DNA of 64,000 bases from Octopus sinensis (GCF_006345805.1 NC_043003.1:57040001-57104000); one strand, 5' to 3'; shown: positions 12,311-25,712, numbered from the stretch's first letter. Translations and numbers: made by a program. Notes: generated by a model not told the origin, from the letters alone.

Positions 12311-12844
12311 CTGAACAATAACCGATGAGTAAAACCCATAATGTCATAGGCAATCGATTTTCTCAGAGTTCTAACTACATACGATGTCTCATTACATCTA
12401 AAGTACGGTTCTATTTTCTATAATAGTTCCGTATAACAGTTACATAGCCATTTGTAACACGCAGACATAGTGCTACAAATAAATATTCAAGAACAGACAC
12501 ATGATAGTACAGAGTCACAAAAAGAACAAAAGAACCGACATACGGACACAAGAGGTACACAGGAGCAGAATATATTTGATAACATATCGGTCGACATAAA
12601 AAATAGAAGGGAAAATAGCTAAAATGGAAGAGATTGTTGAAGTGGACCTCTCGGATGGTTACGATAAGGAGACGTGATGGATTTTAATGGAAAAAAGTTA
12701 GTGCAGAAAATTAAAAGAGGCTTTCCCATCAGTATAAACCCACTGGGGCCCGAGGTGAATTTTGAACCCAGCGCTCTAGTAGTGAATTATGAGGAAATTA
12801 AGAATTATATAAAATGCGAAGTATATAATATACATATGTCAAGA

Positions 12845-13150
12845 CGCAATGGCCCAGTGGTTAGGGCAGCGGACTCGCGGTTGTAGGATCGCGGTTTCGA
12901 TTCCTAGACCGGACGTTGTGAGTGTTTATTAAGCGAAAACACCTAAAGCTCCACGAGGCTCCAGTAGGGAGTGGTGGTGATCCCTGCTGTACTCTTTCGC
13001 CACAACTTTCTGTCACTATTTCTTCTGTTGGCCTGCTCGCTTAGCCAGCGAGGTGGCGTCACTTGGAGGCTAAAACAATGCAAATCGCATTGTGACCAGC
13101 GATATGTAGCAACATCTGATAGCCTGGTCGGTCACGGTGATCACGGTGAT
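12845..13150 (+). mobile_element. Full-length tRNA-derived SINE
   Basis: A box TGGCCCAGTGG, B box GGTTTCGATTCC, body, tail GGTCACGGTGATCACGGTGAT plus (AT)n; 3' part recurs at 31455-31585. Confidence 0.75.
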
Positions 13151-13166
13151 ATATATATATATATGT

Positions 13167-13415
13167 ATTTATTTTATAGAAGGAGCTTCTACAGGACTAG
13201 AACTGTTTCATTCAAAAGAAATCATCAGGAAGCTAGGTGACAAGAATAGTTTTGGCATTTATACACTTAGGCAGGTTTAAATGGGTGGTGGTGGGACCCA
13301 TTTAAACCTGGCTAAGTGTATAAATGCCAAAACTATTCTTGTCACCTAGCTTCCTGATGATTTCTTTTGAATGAAACAGTTCTAGTCCTGTAGAAGCTCC
13401 TTCTATAAAATAAAT
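13167..13415. repeat. Near-perfect fold-back palindrome, 120-bp arms, 9-nt loop
   Basis: 13167-13286 is the reverse complement of 13296-13415 with one mismatch; loop GGTGGTGGG. Confidence 0.95.
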
Positions 13416-13483
13416 TAATTTACTCTGCTATGTATTGAGTACCTTATTTACTGTGGTTAACCCCGACTCAACCCGGGACCTAC

Positions 13484-13551
<68 letters not shown>

Positions 13552-13924
13552 ATATATATATATATAATACGTATATGCTTGTAAACACGCATTATATACT
13601 ATTTGTATATCTGCGAGTGTGTCTGTTTCCATGTGTGTGGGTGAAGGCACGTGGACCCGGTGTGTAAGTTATTGCAAACATGACCGTGTAATTATAAGTG
13701 CAATTTCGGGCCGGCCAGCGTTTTGATACTTGAGTAAGACCCACATCATTTCAGTTTGTTCCAGACCACTCAAGATTAATGGGTTTCTCAGTTGTGGAAT
13801 AACCTTCAGATTCGTGAAATAAGGGGCTGCTCGCCAAATCAGCCTGAAGGTGTCACTCGGAAGACTTAAGCAAAATAAAGCGCATTGTGTCTTGCATTGT
13901 ATGGCAGCATCATATAGTTTAGTG

Positions 13925-14412
<488 letters not shown>

Positions 14413-14414
14413 AG

Positions 14415-14920
14415 TTTCTTTATTGGCCACACAGGGCTGCACACAGATGGGACAAGTTACAAGGTAGAGCTTTTCTTTTGGGGAATGAAAAAACAAAAAA
14501 CAAAAAAAAGAATAAAAAAAAAGAAAAATAAAAGGAAAAGGAACAAAAGAAAAGAGAAATGAAAAAAGAAGAAAAAAGGGGAAAAAAAGGGGAAGAGGAA
14601 AAAAAAGAACGATCAATAGGGATCGTGTATCACAGTGTTATGATATATGGTGTAAAGGGGAAAGCAAGTAAGGTTTAACCGTGGGAAGAAAAGCCTACGA
14701 AGAAGACCACGGTAACCTTGGTCAATATTGTTATATGTTACCACATTTGTTTGCAAGTGGGTAATCCTCTGTTTTCAATTTCTGGGTTCATAGGATTATG
14801 CTCAAGGTGGCTTCGTCATTCATACATGCCATCCTTGCTACATTCACCCATCTTTTTTTAAAACATTCGCTAGACAAAACTTGCCTCTCTACTCTCACTT
14901 TCCTTTTCAAGTGGTACTTG

Positions 14921-14925
<5 letters not shown>
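14415..14925 (-). mobile_element. Tx1/L1-like LINE 3' end
   Basis: Minus-strand IFKYHLKRKVRVERQVLSSECFKKRWVNVARM resembles a Tx1-type ORF2 C-terminus, followed by a T-rich 3' UTR. Confidence 0.5.
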
Positions 14926-14969
<44 letters not shown>

Positions 14970-14974
14970 GGATG

Positions 14975-15042
<68 letters not shown>

Positions 15043-15060
15043 CATACATACATACATACA

Positions 15061-15107
<47 letters not shown>

Positions 15108-16085
15108 CATAACTATGATCGATTTTAACGACTCATCCTACGAGTTACCTTGAACGCACTTATATGTAGTATGTCTCTTTATATAACATCTTAAGATGTT
15201 ATATATATCAAGTTTTAAACTAAAAGATGTGGTTCTACAATGCAAGACATATTGCGCTTTATATTGTTTAAGTCTTCCAAGTGAAACCATCAGATTGGCT
15301 AGGCGAGCAGCCCCTTATTTCCCTCCACCGAGATACCCATTACTCCTGAGTTGCCTGGGATAAATTGAAATGATGTAGGCTTTACCCCAAAATCCAAACG
15401 CTGGCCCGTCCGAAATCGAACTCATAAATTACCATTCGGAGCACTCATAATTTTTGCCCCGACACAAGCGCGTGCACATTCAAACGCACACATACACACA
15501 CATAGATGATGCGTTCACAGTATATATATAATGCTTTATAAATACCCATGCACACACATGCACACACAGAGACACAATATTATATATATTACACGTGTAT
15601 ACGTACATATAAGTATATATATTCTGATTTTTTATTACCCAAAAGGGGCGACTATAAGTATAGCCTTGAAATTATGCCACCACGCTGGTTAGGTGAGCAA
15701 CCTTACATTCCGTACGCCTCTACACCTGATTGGACTGGAAGAACAGGAATAGAGTTGTTTTACTCAAGAACACAAAGCACCAATCATTCCTCAATTGGAA
15801 TCCATGATATGGGGTACTTGCGTTCAATAGTTTATCGACATACACATACACGTACAAACATATACAGAAATTCATAATACGTACACGCACACACACACAT
15901 ATACATTTATATAGAAAGAGAGAGAGATAAGGATATGTAAATAATATATGTTCGTATATATATATATATATGCATGCATTTATACATACATATATTCATT
16001 TATTCCTGTGTATCATGTGGGAGAGTGAGGTGGATACGTAGAGATGGTTCACTTTATAAATATACTATTTTGGAGGAAGAAAATT

Positions 16086-16187
16086 GGTGATCACTGTTTG
16101 CTGAGGTTGATGAGCTGAGCGCATTCTCTTCAGAGAGTTTCTTGCGCTCAAACGCGGGTTCGAATTCCTCAGAAGATAGTGATGACC
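16086..16187 (+). ncRNA. Pol III-like 102-nt ncRNA family member, subfamily a, apparently intact
   Basis: TATAAATA at 16055 (-31); GGTGATCACTGT / ATAGTGATGACC; internal GAGCGCA/TGCGCTC stem; B-box GGGTTCGAATTCC; T10 at 16192-16201. Confidence 0.65.
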
Positions 16188-16341
16188 AGAATTTTTTTTT
16201 TAACTTATATATCAAGTCAAAGTTATTAATTCATGCATTTTCATCCAAAATCATACAATCTCAACATGATCTAGTTTTTCGTCATTGTTGCAATTTATTT
16301 AAAATACGCAAGCAAAATCTAGAATCAGATATTTCAGAAAT

Positions 16342-16768
16342 GTACGGAGATTGGATCTTTTCGGTTTGAACGGCAGTTTTTAACATAATTTCTAGGTAAC
16401 TAAAAAAATTTAAACTTCCTATACTGGTAGAATGGGTTTATTAAATATCTTTTTCTCTTGGCTTTATTGAGAAAATTCTATAGTTTGTAAGATATTTGTT
16501 GTTGTTTTTTTTTTCAATTTCTCCAATTTCAACCAATCAATGATGTACATTGAGGTAAAAAACATTCTGTGCCGTATGAATATGTCCCTCGTTTAAGAAA
16601 CAGATTGGGTTTATTTACATTTGTGAAGAAAAAACGATACCCATCCCCCCACCCTAACCCTAACCCTAACTAACCCTAACCCTAAAACAGATTGAATTAC
16701 AATAGATCGATACTAGGGTCATAATTATGGGTGACAATTTCATATGACACCGCTAGAAAAAACTGCCG
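16342..16768. mobile_element. MITE with GGATCTTTTCGGTTTGAACGGCAGTTTTT terminus and internal CCCTAA repeats; partial copy at 47880-48000
   Basis: CGGCAGTTTTT...AAAAAACTGCCG inverted ends; interrupts the cassette flank that is continuous at ~36190-36230. Confidence 0.7.
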
Positions 16769-17179
16769 AAGATTTTATGAGGAATATTTTAAGATAGTGT
16801 TTGATATACAACTTAATACAGGATAGATAAGTATAAGTGCTAAGTTAAAGGATATATGGACGCTACATAGTCATTTGAAATGTTACGGCTTCCCAAATTG
16901 GATGGGTTTACCTATTTGAGATCATTAACAGTAAAAAATGTACAATAAGCGTCGCTACGTTCTGAGTTCAAATTCTGCCGAGTTTCACTTAGCATATCTT
17001 TCTTTCGGTGTTGACTAAATGCGTACCGCTTATACACTGGAATCGATATAATCGACTTAATCCTTTGTCTCTCATTGTCTATGTTTAGCCCCCTGTGGGC
17101 AAGAAACAAATTAAGATGGAGAATATCCGAATATTAAAACTCTTAGTATTATGGGAAATCGATTTTGGCACGGAGTTCT

Positions 17180-17217
17180 AGCCGTCAGCTCTTGTACCGA
17201 AGCAAACTGTGGCTACC
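17180..17217 (-). pseudogene. 5' fragment of ncRNA family member, subfamily b
   Basis: GGTATGG and ATTTTGC upstream; GGTAGCCACAGT...AAGAGCTGACGGC; B-box and 3' stem deleted. Confidence 0.45.
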
Positions 17218-17282
17218 TGTTCGTTTATTGCAAAATAAATGTAAGCATCCATACCAATGCACACACACACATGCAAATACAG

Positions 17283-17321
<39 letters not shown>

Positions 17322-17515
17322 CATATATATATTACTCGTGTATTCGTACATGTTAGTATTCATCAATGTAGGTATTACTACAAACATATGTACACACACG
17401 ATTTGTCATAAAAATTAATCTATCCTTTCTGTTTAAGTTAACTATAAAATTGCTTTGCTTTTTGGGCTTATAACACTATTTTGAAGTATTTTGCATGTAC
17501 GAAAAGAAATATTCA

Positions 17516-17617
17516 GGTAGCCATTATTATTGCAGGAATACGAACCAGATTTGCAGAGATCTAAATGCTCTAATTATAATGCAGTCAGTTCTATCACCTG
17601 CGCTAACAATGGTTACT
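17516..17617 (-). ncRNA. Pol III-like 102-nt ncRNA family member, subfamily c
   Basis: AGTAACCATTGT / ATAATGGCTACC; TAGCGCAGGTGATAGAAC; CTGGTTCGTATTCC; downstream TTTCTTTT. Confidence 0.55.
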
Positions 17618-17889
17618 TGTTCAACTATCGCAAAATAGACTATGCATTCATACCTAAGCACACATACACACGCGCACACACACAGTGACTGGATTACAAA
17701 TATTACTGTTGTATAAATACATATAAGTATGCATTAATACGTGTAAGCTTACACGCATACGTCCACGCGGATATGAAGGTTTTCTTTTTTTCTCTCGAGA
17801 GGGAGGTTTATATGCCCCTTTATTAAAACATTCTCCTTAGTCATTGCACGGTGATCGACATTATCGTTACGGTTATATAAAAATAGCAT

Positions 17890-18120
17890 TATTATTATTT
17901 ACAGGATTGTATAAACACCTTGAGGTAGAAGTTTTGAAGGAAAGTCTGGACTGGTTTCTATCTGAGATACCAGATGAACCCACATCGTGGCAGGTAACGC
18001 AAAGAAGAGCAGCTCCTTCCAACTCGCTACTTGACCGAAAGCAATATAGGAAACAACACCGAGTAATTACAGGTGGTGCACTAGCATCATCTCTGCCCGA
18101 TGCTGAAAGCAGTGAAAAGA
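17890..18120 (+). mobile_element. CR1/L2-like LINE 3' end carried in the cassette (also 21050-21175 -, 26515-26672, 31920-32150 -, 37660-37780, 40795-41010, 46220-46445 -)
   Basis: VEVLKESLDWFLSEIPDEPT...QRRAAPSNSLL is a typical ORF2 C-terminus, followed by the GGTGGTGC...GCTGAAA tail and (TA)n. Confidence 0.65.
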
Positions 18121-18149
18121 AATACATATATATATATATATATATTTAT

Positions 18150-18665
18150 TAAGACTCTGAGCGAGATATATAGAGAAGCAACACAGAATCTTAACACTAA
18201 CCAGGTGTGGCGTCCGATACGAAACAGTGCTACTGAAATTTATAGCCAGAGAAAAATATCTTTTCCAGATGGCTAACGACACACATTCTGTGTCCGATTC
18301 GTATTTGCGATGAGGCATCATCGCTCCCATCCCTAGCTGACTCGTGTTTCTGATAGACACCGACTCGTGTTTCTGGGTGGCTACTCGTCCTCAGCGTGTG
18401 TTTATTAGCAGCTAGTGATAGAAACTCTTTCCATTCTTAGAAAAGGAGATATATCAATATAGAATCGTAATGTATAGTTGCCAACATAGAGTGGCGTCCT
18501 ATACAGGATAGTGCTACTGACGTTTATAGACCCGGGCTGACTTCCCTTCCAGCCGGCTAACAACACTTATTCTGTGTTGGATTAGTATTTGCGAGAAAAG
18601 ATCATCACTCCCATACCTAGCCTTACGTAATGCACACGGACACGACTTTCTGGATGGCTACAATC
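18150..18665 (+). repeat. Dimeric ~250-280-bp repeat (also 11045-11260, 30915-31430 -, 41045-41520, 45660-46155 -, partial 43590-43770 and 49600-49900)
   Basis: Two tandem diverged monomers containing GTGGCGTCC-ATAC...CAGCTGGCTAACGACAC...CCTAGCCTTACG...GTTTCTGGGTGGCTAC. Confidence 0.75.
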
Positions 18666-18670
18666 CGCAG

Positions 18671-18733
<63 letters not shown>

Positions 18734-19019
18734 TAGAAAAAAACACTTTCTATCAATTCAAAATGATCAATTAAATTACACCATGTAGAAAATTACATAT
18801 AATAGAAATATAAAAAATTATATAACAAGAATATACCGATGATTAAGTAAATTGCAAAATAATAATAAAAAACGTATATATTTGGTATATATTTGTTATT
18901 CTACCAAATATATACGTTTTTATAATTATTTGGCAATTTACTTAATCATCCGTATATTATTATTTCAGTTTTTATATAAGATATATGTATATATATATAT
19001 ATATATATATCGATCGCAT

Positions 19020-19195
19020 TCTCACCTGAAATCGATTTTTGTAATTTTTTGAAGACTTATACACGCCCTTATACGGTCGGTATCTACATATCAAATTTGA
19101 ACGCAATCGGACGGAGGATGCCTGAGATCCTAGAATACACACAGACAGACAGAACGGATTTTATATCATATATATATATATATATAGTGCAATAT
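19020..19195 (-). mobile_element. Possible non-autonomous Helitron 5' region
   Basis: AAATTTGAACGCAATCGG...ACACAGACAGACAGA...TTTTATAT layout typical of short Helitron-like elements. Confidence 0.35.
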
Positions 19196-19254
19196 ATCCA
19201 TTTCCCAAATCCCCAAGTACTTATAGCCCCGTCTCTTCTATCTGTTTCATAAAC

Positions 19255-20375
19255 TCCCCCCACGGTATCGTTAGCCCGTCCATACATTTGATTTTGCCTC
19301 TCTTCAAGACTAATACACCACACTTTCTTAGTTCGAACTCCATTCTGATATCACCACTGAAGGTATATTCAGTATCAACCAGGGAACTGACTTGTGCTTC
19401 ATCTTTACCATAAAGTTTGTGGTCATCCATGAATAACAAAAAGTTGACTTTTTGCTGGCGGCTTTTGAATACGTACCGAGCTTTTGCTTTCCTCAGAATC
19501 AGTATTAGTGGTATCAAGCACATTACAAAGATCAGTGGGGACAGGCAGTCCCCTTGAAAGATACCCGTCCTAATTTCTACTATCCCTAAGCTTCTTCCGT
19601 ATTCAGGCAGGTCCGTCCTCCAATTCACCATACTTTTTCCAAGCAATCGCTCAACATTCGATGCAGTACCAAATTGGTTCATACACTCCATAATCCAAGA
19701 ATCTGGGATCATATCGAATGCCTTACGATAGTCGATTCATGATATGGCTAAGTTACTTTTCCTCCACTAGTAGTCTCTAAGTACAATTTTGTCTATCAGG
19801 AGTTGATCCTTGGTACCTCTGCACTTACGCTGGCAACCCTTGTGGTCATGTGGCAGGATTCTATTTTTTCCCGGTGTTTGTACATTGACGCTGCCAGTAT
19901 TCCAGTCAATAATTTCCACTTATGTGGCAAGCAGCATAACGGCCTGTAATTGTGTACCGTATTGCTTTTTTCAATGTTTTTCAGGCACACACTATCCTAC
20001 CCAATGTCCACCATTTTGGTGTTACTTGCTCGGCATTTAACAAGGTTTTATTTGCAAAGCTATTCGTGGATGACATTCACCAAATCTTTTGATCCAGTAG
20101 CTTTGAACTCCATCTTGCACATTTTTTGCTGATTTCCTTCAATTCCCTGACTGAAATGACTAGTTTTGCAACCATTCAGCATTCTTCTTGTGCTCCATGT
20201 CTTTGCTCCAGATGTCAACTCCAAAACATTTGACTATCAATGTTATCTGATATCAACTTTTCATCTGTACACTCTCCATTCATTTCTTTATAGATTCTCT
20301 TCTGATCTACGCTGAATAACCTATTCTGGTGGTAACCCTTCATTCTTTGGTCGTATCTTACCATCTTAGCTTTCT
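19255..20375 (-). mobile_element. Dong/R4-like non-LTR retrotransposon RT fragment, frameshifted
   Basis: [19 protein letters not shown]; KAFD-IP-SWI-EC; GIFQGDCLSPLIFVMCLIPL; FLLFMDDHKLYGK (YxDD-type catalytic motif). Confidence 0.8.
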
Positions 20376-20497
20376 TTGCAACGAAGCACTGTTTCAATGC
20401 ATATATATGTGTGTGTGCAAGTGTGCAAGTGTATGCGTGTGCATGTGTGCACGCGCGTTGGTATGCATGATTATATTTATTTTGCAACAGACGAACA

Positions 20498-20548
20498 GGT
20501 AGCCGCAGATTGTGCAGGTACAAGAGCTGACGGCTTTCTAATTATATG
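20498..20548 (+). pseudogene. 5' fragment of ncRNA family member, subfamily b
   Basis: GGTATGC and ATTTTGC upstream; GGTAGCCGCAGA...AAGAGCTGACGGC; joined directly to downstream flank, B-box lost. Confidence 0.45.
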
Positions 20549-21414
20549 CTGTAATATTACAAATGGCGATGTAACTGTGATAAAAGCAAATAAATTGTTA
20601 TGGAAGTATTATAGAAAATAGAAGGGTATTTTAGATGTAATGATACATCCTATGTTCATAGAACTCCTTGTCAAAATCGATACCCCTTGATACTAAGAGT
20701 TTTAATATTTAGACATTCTCCATCCTAATTTGTTTCTTGCCCACAGGGATCTAAGCATAGACGGGATAGAAAATGAAAAACAAAGGATTAAGTCGATTAC
20801 ATCGATTCCAATTTATAAGCGGTACTTATTTAGTGAACATGGAAAGGAAGAAATGCTAAGTCAACCACGGCGGAATTCGAACTCCAAACGTTGCGACTCG
20901 CTTATTGTCCATTATTTACTGTTAATAATATAAAATAGGCAAACCCATTCGGTGTGGGAAGCGGTAACATTTCAAATGACTATGTAGCGTCTATATATCC
21001 TTTGAGTTATCACTTAAACTTATCTTCCTGTATTAATTTTAGCCAGTTGGAAGCAGCTGTTCTTTGCGTTACCTGCCGCGATGTGGGTTCATCTGGTATC
21101 TCAGATAGAAATCTGTCCAGACATTCCTTCAAAACTCCCACATCAAGGTGCTTACACAATCCTGTAATTAATAATAATGCTACTTTTATATAAACTTAAC
21201 GCTTATGTCGATCACCATGCAATGACTTGGGAAAATATTTTAATAAAGGGGCATATAAACCTCTCCATTGAGAGAAAAAAGAAAACCTTCATATCCGCGT
21301 GTACATATGTATGTAAGCATACATGTATTAATGCATACTTATATGTATTCGTACGATAGTAATATATGTAATGCGGTCAGTGTGTGTTTCTGTGGTCTTA
21401 GGTATGTATATACT

Positions 21415-21422
21415 TATAAATA
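21415..21422 (+). promoter_or_regulatory. TATA box at -31 of the 21446 ncRNA-like gene (representative)
   Basis: TATAAATA; same offset at 4352, 16055, 46695, 50574 and, on the minus strand, 817 and 22958. Confidence 0.55.
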
Positions 21423-21445
21423 GACTATTTTGTGTTGGTTGGGCA

Positions 21446-21547
21446 GGTAACCATTGTTAGTGCAGGTGTTAGAACAGAATGCATTACAATTAGAGAATTC
21501 AAATCTCTGGTATGCTGGTTCGTATTCCTAGAGTAATAATGGTTACC
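21446..21547 (+). ncRNA. Pol III-like 102-nt ncRNA family member, subfamily c, apparently intact
   Basis: GGTAACCATTGT / ATAATGGTTACC 12 of 12 (one G-U); TAGTGCAGGTGTTAGAAC; CTGGTTCGTATTCC; T14 downstream. Confidence 0.65.
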
Positions 21548-21551
21548 GGAA

Positions 21552-21565
21552 TTTTTTTTTTTTTT
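21552..21565 (+). terminator. Oligo-T Pol III terminator-like run (representative)
   Basis: T14 four nt after the 3' stem strand; T-runs follow most full-length copies. Confidence 0.5.
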
Positions 21566-21968
21566 CGTATGTCGAAAATATGTCAAAATAGTGTTATAAG
21601 ATGTGATATTAGAAGTGGCTATATAACTGTGAAGATAAGCAAAAAAAAAAAAAAAAAACGAAAAATCAAAGCAATTTTACTGTTATCCAAAAGAGAAAGG
21701 ATAGATTAATTTTTATGACAAATCGTATGTTTACATACGTTTGTATGAACACATACATTAACGAATACTTATATGTAGGAATACACGAGTAATATATATA
21801 TATATATATATATATATAGTGCGGTGCTTGCATCTGTCTGTGTGTGAGTGCGCTTATGTGTGAGCATGTGTGTGTGGAAGTGTATATGTGTGCATGTGTG
21901 TTTGTGTGGGTGCACGCGTTGGTACAAACGCTTATATTTATAAAGTGTTATTTTGCAACAAAAGTACA

Positions 21969-22069
21969 GGTAGCCTCAATTTGAATAGTCCGAGAGCTGA
22001 GGTCTTTCTAATTTGAGTGGTCAATATTATACGATGCAGGTTCGTATTCCTTCCAAGTTAATGGATACT
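21969..22069 (+). ncRNA. Pol III-like ncRNA family member, subfamily b
   Basis: TATAAAG at -30; GGTAGCCTCAAT / TTAATGGATACT (partial pairing); GCAGGTTCGTATTCC; weak terminator. Confidence 0.45.
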
Positions 22070-22825
22070 CGAAAGATTTCCTTGTTTCTTTCGTGTGTGC
22101 CAAATCTTTTAAAATTGTGTTATAAGCTGTAATATTACAAATGGCGATGTGTCTGTGATAAAAGGAAATAAATTGATATGGAAGTATTATAGAAAATAGA
22201 AGGGTATTTTAGATGTAATGAAACATCATATGTTCATAGAACTCCGTGCCAAGATCTATACCCTATGATACTAGGAGATTCCCTGTTCCAATATTTTCAT
22301 CTTAATTTCTTTATTGCCCACAAGGGGCTAAACATAGAGCGGATAGACAATGAGAGATAAATGGTTAATTCTATTACATGGATTCCAATTTTTAAGCGGT
22401 TCTTATTTCGTCAACACGGAAAGGAAGAAATGCTAAAGCAACCTCGGCGGCAGTTAAACACCGAACGTAGCGACTCACTTCTTGTCCATTATTTACTGTT
22501 AATAATCTAAAATAGGCAAACACCTTCAGTGCGGGAAGCCGTAACATTTCAAATGACTCTATAGCGTCTATATATCCTTCGACTTAGCGCTTATGTTTAT
22601 ATGTCCTGTATTAAGTTGCATATTAGACACTAAAATATTCCTCATAAAATATCATTTCTGAAATATCTCATTCTAAATTTTCCTTGCGTATTTTAAATTA
22701 TCAATTAATTGAACCAATGAGGAAAAACAAGATCTTATTGACTTTGTATGATTTTGGATGAAAATGCATGAAGTATAATCGTTGATTTTCTTATATAAGT
22801 AAAAAAAAATTAAAAACAAAATTCT

Positions 22826-22927
22826 GGTCATCACTATCCAATAAGGAATACGAACCCTCGTTTAGTCGCATAAAGCTCTTTATGTAGAACGCGATCGGGT
22901 CATCATCCTCAGCAAACAGTGATGACC
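22826..22927 (-). ncRNA. Pol III-like 102-nt ncRNA family member, subfamily a, apparently intact
   Basis: TATAAATA at -31; GGTCATCACTGT / ATAGTGATGACC 12 of 12; GAGGGTTCGTATTCC; AGAATTTTGTTTTT. Confidence 0.65.
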
Positions 22928-23045
22928 TGCTTTCCTGCGGCAAAATAGTATATTTATAAGTTTATGCTTCCCTACGTATGACACAATCACACATACACAC
23001 ATTATGTATGTATGTAAGTATGTAAGTATGTATCTATCAATCAAC

Positions 23046-23078
<33 letters not shown>

Positions 23079-23466
23079 AATATATGTAATATGCATGTGC
23101 GTGTTATGTATTCGTATATATGTGTGTGTATGTCCGTGTGTTTGGGGGTTGTGTGTTTCTGCGTCTATGTGTATACGGATAATCTATTGAACGCAAGATC
23201 GATACATCATGTATCCCTATTAAGGACCATTCAGGACTATTGCGTTCTGGAGTAAAACAACACTTTTGAGGTTCTTCCAGTCCACACAGCTCTGGATGGG
23301 TAAACCGCATCAGAGGAAGGTAATGCTTATTGCGTAGCCAGTGTGGTGGGATCACATAAAAGCTAAAACTATGTGATTTGTATTGAGATCAGCGATCATA
23401 AGTAAGTGTATATGTATGTATACATACACACACATATATATATATATATACATATATATACATACA

Positions 23467-23521
<55 letters not shown>

Positions 23522-23569
23522 CAAACCCTCATGGCTCTTTAATGATAATACTACTTTATGCCAAGGAAA

Positions 23570-24440
23570 ATAATCTGCCATCTTTTTATAGGTGCATTCA
23601 ACACTCTGCAAACAGGGAACCGAAACACTACCAACATCTAGCAGACGAGGGGGTTCCCTGAACCCACTAGCCTTTCAGCTTGTTTATCTCATAGACGTCA
23701 TGAAATCCCGATCTCTAGAATGATGCCCAGAGTCCACTTTAGGAAGCAAACGCAAAGGGAAACGTGACCATTAGTCATACAGATATATGATGAAATATTT
23801 GCTTCAAGGTTTGCAGTATATACTGGTTGTCCCGCTGTCACACTGAAAATCATTCTATGAGACTCTGGTAGTTTACATTAGAGAAAAACATAATCAGTGT
23901 GAACGACATATCGCTAACCAGGTTTTACATTTCATGGGAATTCGTTTGGGAACAGCCTCCAGAAATATTATCCAACCTGCATGACAAACTGCAGATACTT
24001 TTCCCAAGGGACTTAATCCTCCCTAATATAGAATGGCCTGAGGGAAGCTTTTAATCAACTATGTCATTGCAGAATCTCTTCTTGACATCTCAAAATTATT
24101 CTTTATAGAGTAAATAGTGCTCCACGGACAAGATGGGAAAATATACTGGGTCCCTGCTACACGAATAAGATGACATAGGTTATTTCTTTCAGAAAATAAC
24201 TATATAGAAATAACAAACACCCGCAGAATACTACAGTCATGCAAGCTACAACAAGCACGCAAATAATCTTTATCGTGAATTTTCACTGAGCTGATTGGAA
24301 GCCTTTTTGAGAAAGGTCATGGAACGGAACTGTTCTTCCAGTCTCTTAATCCCATATATTGAAATAAAACTGCAGGACATTAATAATTGTTATGTGTAGC
24401 AAGTGTTCTTTGGAGAGAATACCAAACTAAAAGAAAGATA
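23570..24440 (+). mobile_element. Decayed CR1/L2-like LINE 5' ORF2 fragment (mirrored at 34300-35200), followed by a Penelope RT sliver at 24465-24610
   Basis: Colinear similarity to 1545-2570; 24465-24610 matches 28735-28870. Confidence 0.6.
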
Positions 24441-25712
24441 TAATTCTCCGTGTTTGTGTCCAATTCCTTGGCACGGTTAATTTCATGTTCTATAAGTGTA
24501 TATGGGTACTGACGTTCAATGAGTGATATTTTGAGTTGTTGTAGGCGAAAGTCCCGAATGGTTGTGTCAGAAACAATTGTACAGATCCTTTATGCTAGAT
24601 TGAATGGGGTCCACGGATTATCGCTCACAAGCAGATGCACTCTTCATCGATAGCAGATTGCATGCCCAGAATACAGAATGATACCCTTAGTGAACATACT
24701 GAGAAATGCGCAAAGCAACTGCTACCACAATTTGTAATCTTTCCATTCTGTCATTGAAAAAATATAAAGTAAAAGCTAACCACATGTAACATTCCGTTCC
24801 TTCTAAAAAAAATCATGTTAAATTAATCAAGCCTAATCATTCCCAGCATGTTTGATGATCTCCCTTCCTATGCCTGGAACTCAATATTTCACAACATAGC
24901 GAAGACATGATGCGAAATGAGTAAATAAAGGTGAGAAATATAAAAGAAAATACGAAACCGGTTATTTTTTCCAAAAGCTATGTTACAATACGCAAAGCTT
25001 TATTGAAGTTTTCTACCATAACGATTTAAATATATTTTTTAGCCATATAACAGAAGCCTTCTGTAGTTTTTTCACAAAAATTCTACAATAATGAGTATAA
25101 TTTTAATTTACTGAAATTTAGAAATAGCAGTTAAACTACTATATTATTACCATATCTCCCAGACAGCGATACTCAACAACTCACACCCGGCTGTGATTAA
25201 CTGTATATGCGTTTCTGTATAAAACGTCCTACAGGAGAGATAAACATCATTTCTATGTCAAGCGCTACATAGTCATATGGAATATTATGGATTCCCCCAC
25301 TGAATGAGTTTGCCTATTTTAGATTATTGACAGTAAATAATGGACAGTTAGCGAATCGCTACGTTCTGAGTTCAAATTCTACCGATGTTGCATTTCTTCC
25401 TTTCGGTGTGGAATAAATAAGTACCGCTTATACACTGGAGTCAATGTACTCGACTTAAACCTTTGTCTCTCATTGTCAATCCCCTCTATGTCTATTGGCA
25501 ATAAAGAATTTGAGAAGGAGAATATGCGAAAATTAAAACTTTTAGTATAATAGACAATCGATTTTGACACGGACTTCTACCAATATATACTTTGTCATTA
25601 CATCAAATGTACACTTCTATTTCTTTTGCTTTTATCACATTTACATCGCCATCAGTATCAGCTTATAACTCTATCTTAAAAGATTTGGCACAAAATAAAA
25701 AAAAAACAATCG

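Noticed and set aside
16650-16690. True or interstitial telomere
   Set aside because: Only a few CCCTAA units, and they are internal to a MITE.
21446-21547. Canonical tRNA genes
   Set aside because: 12-bp closing stem with a spacer after the T-arm, an extra base in the T-arm, and no consistent anticodon stem-loop among copies.
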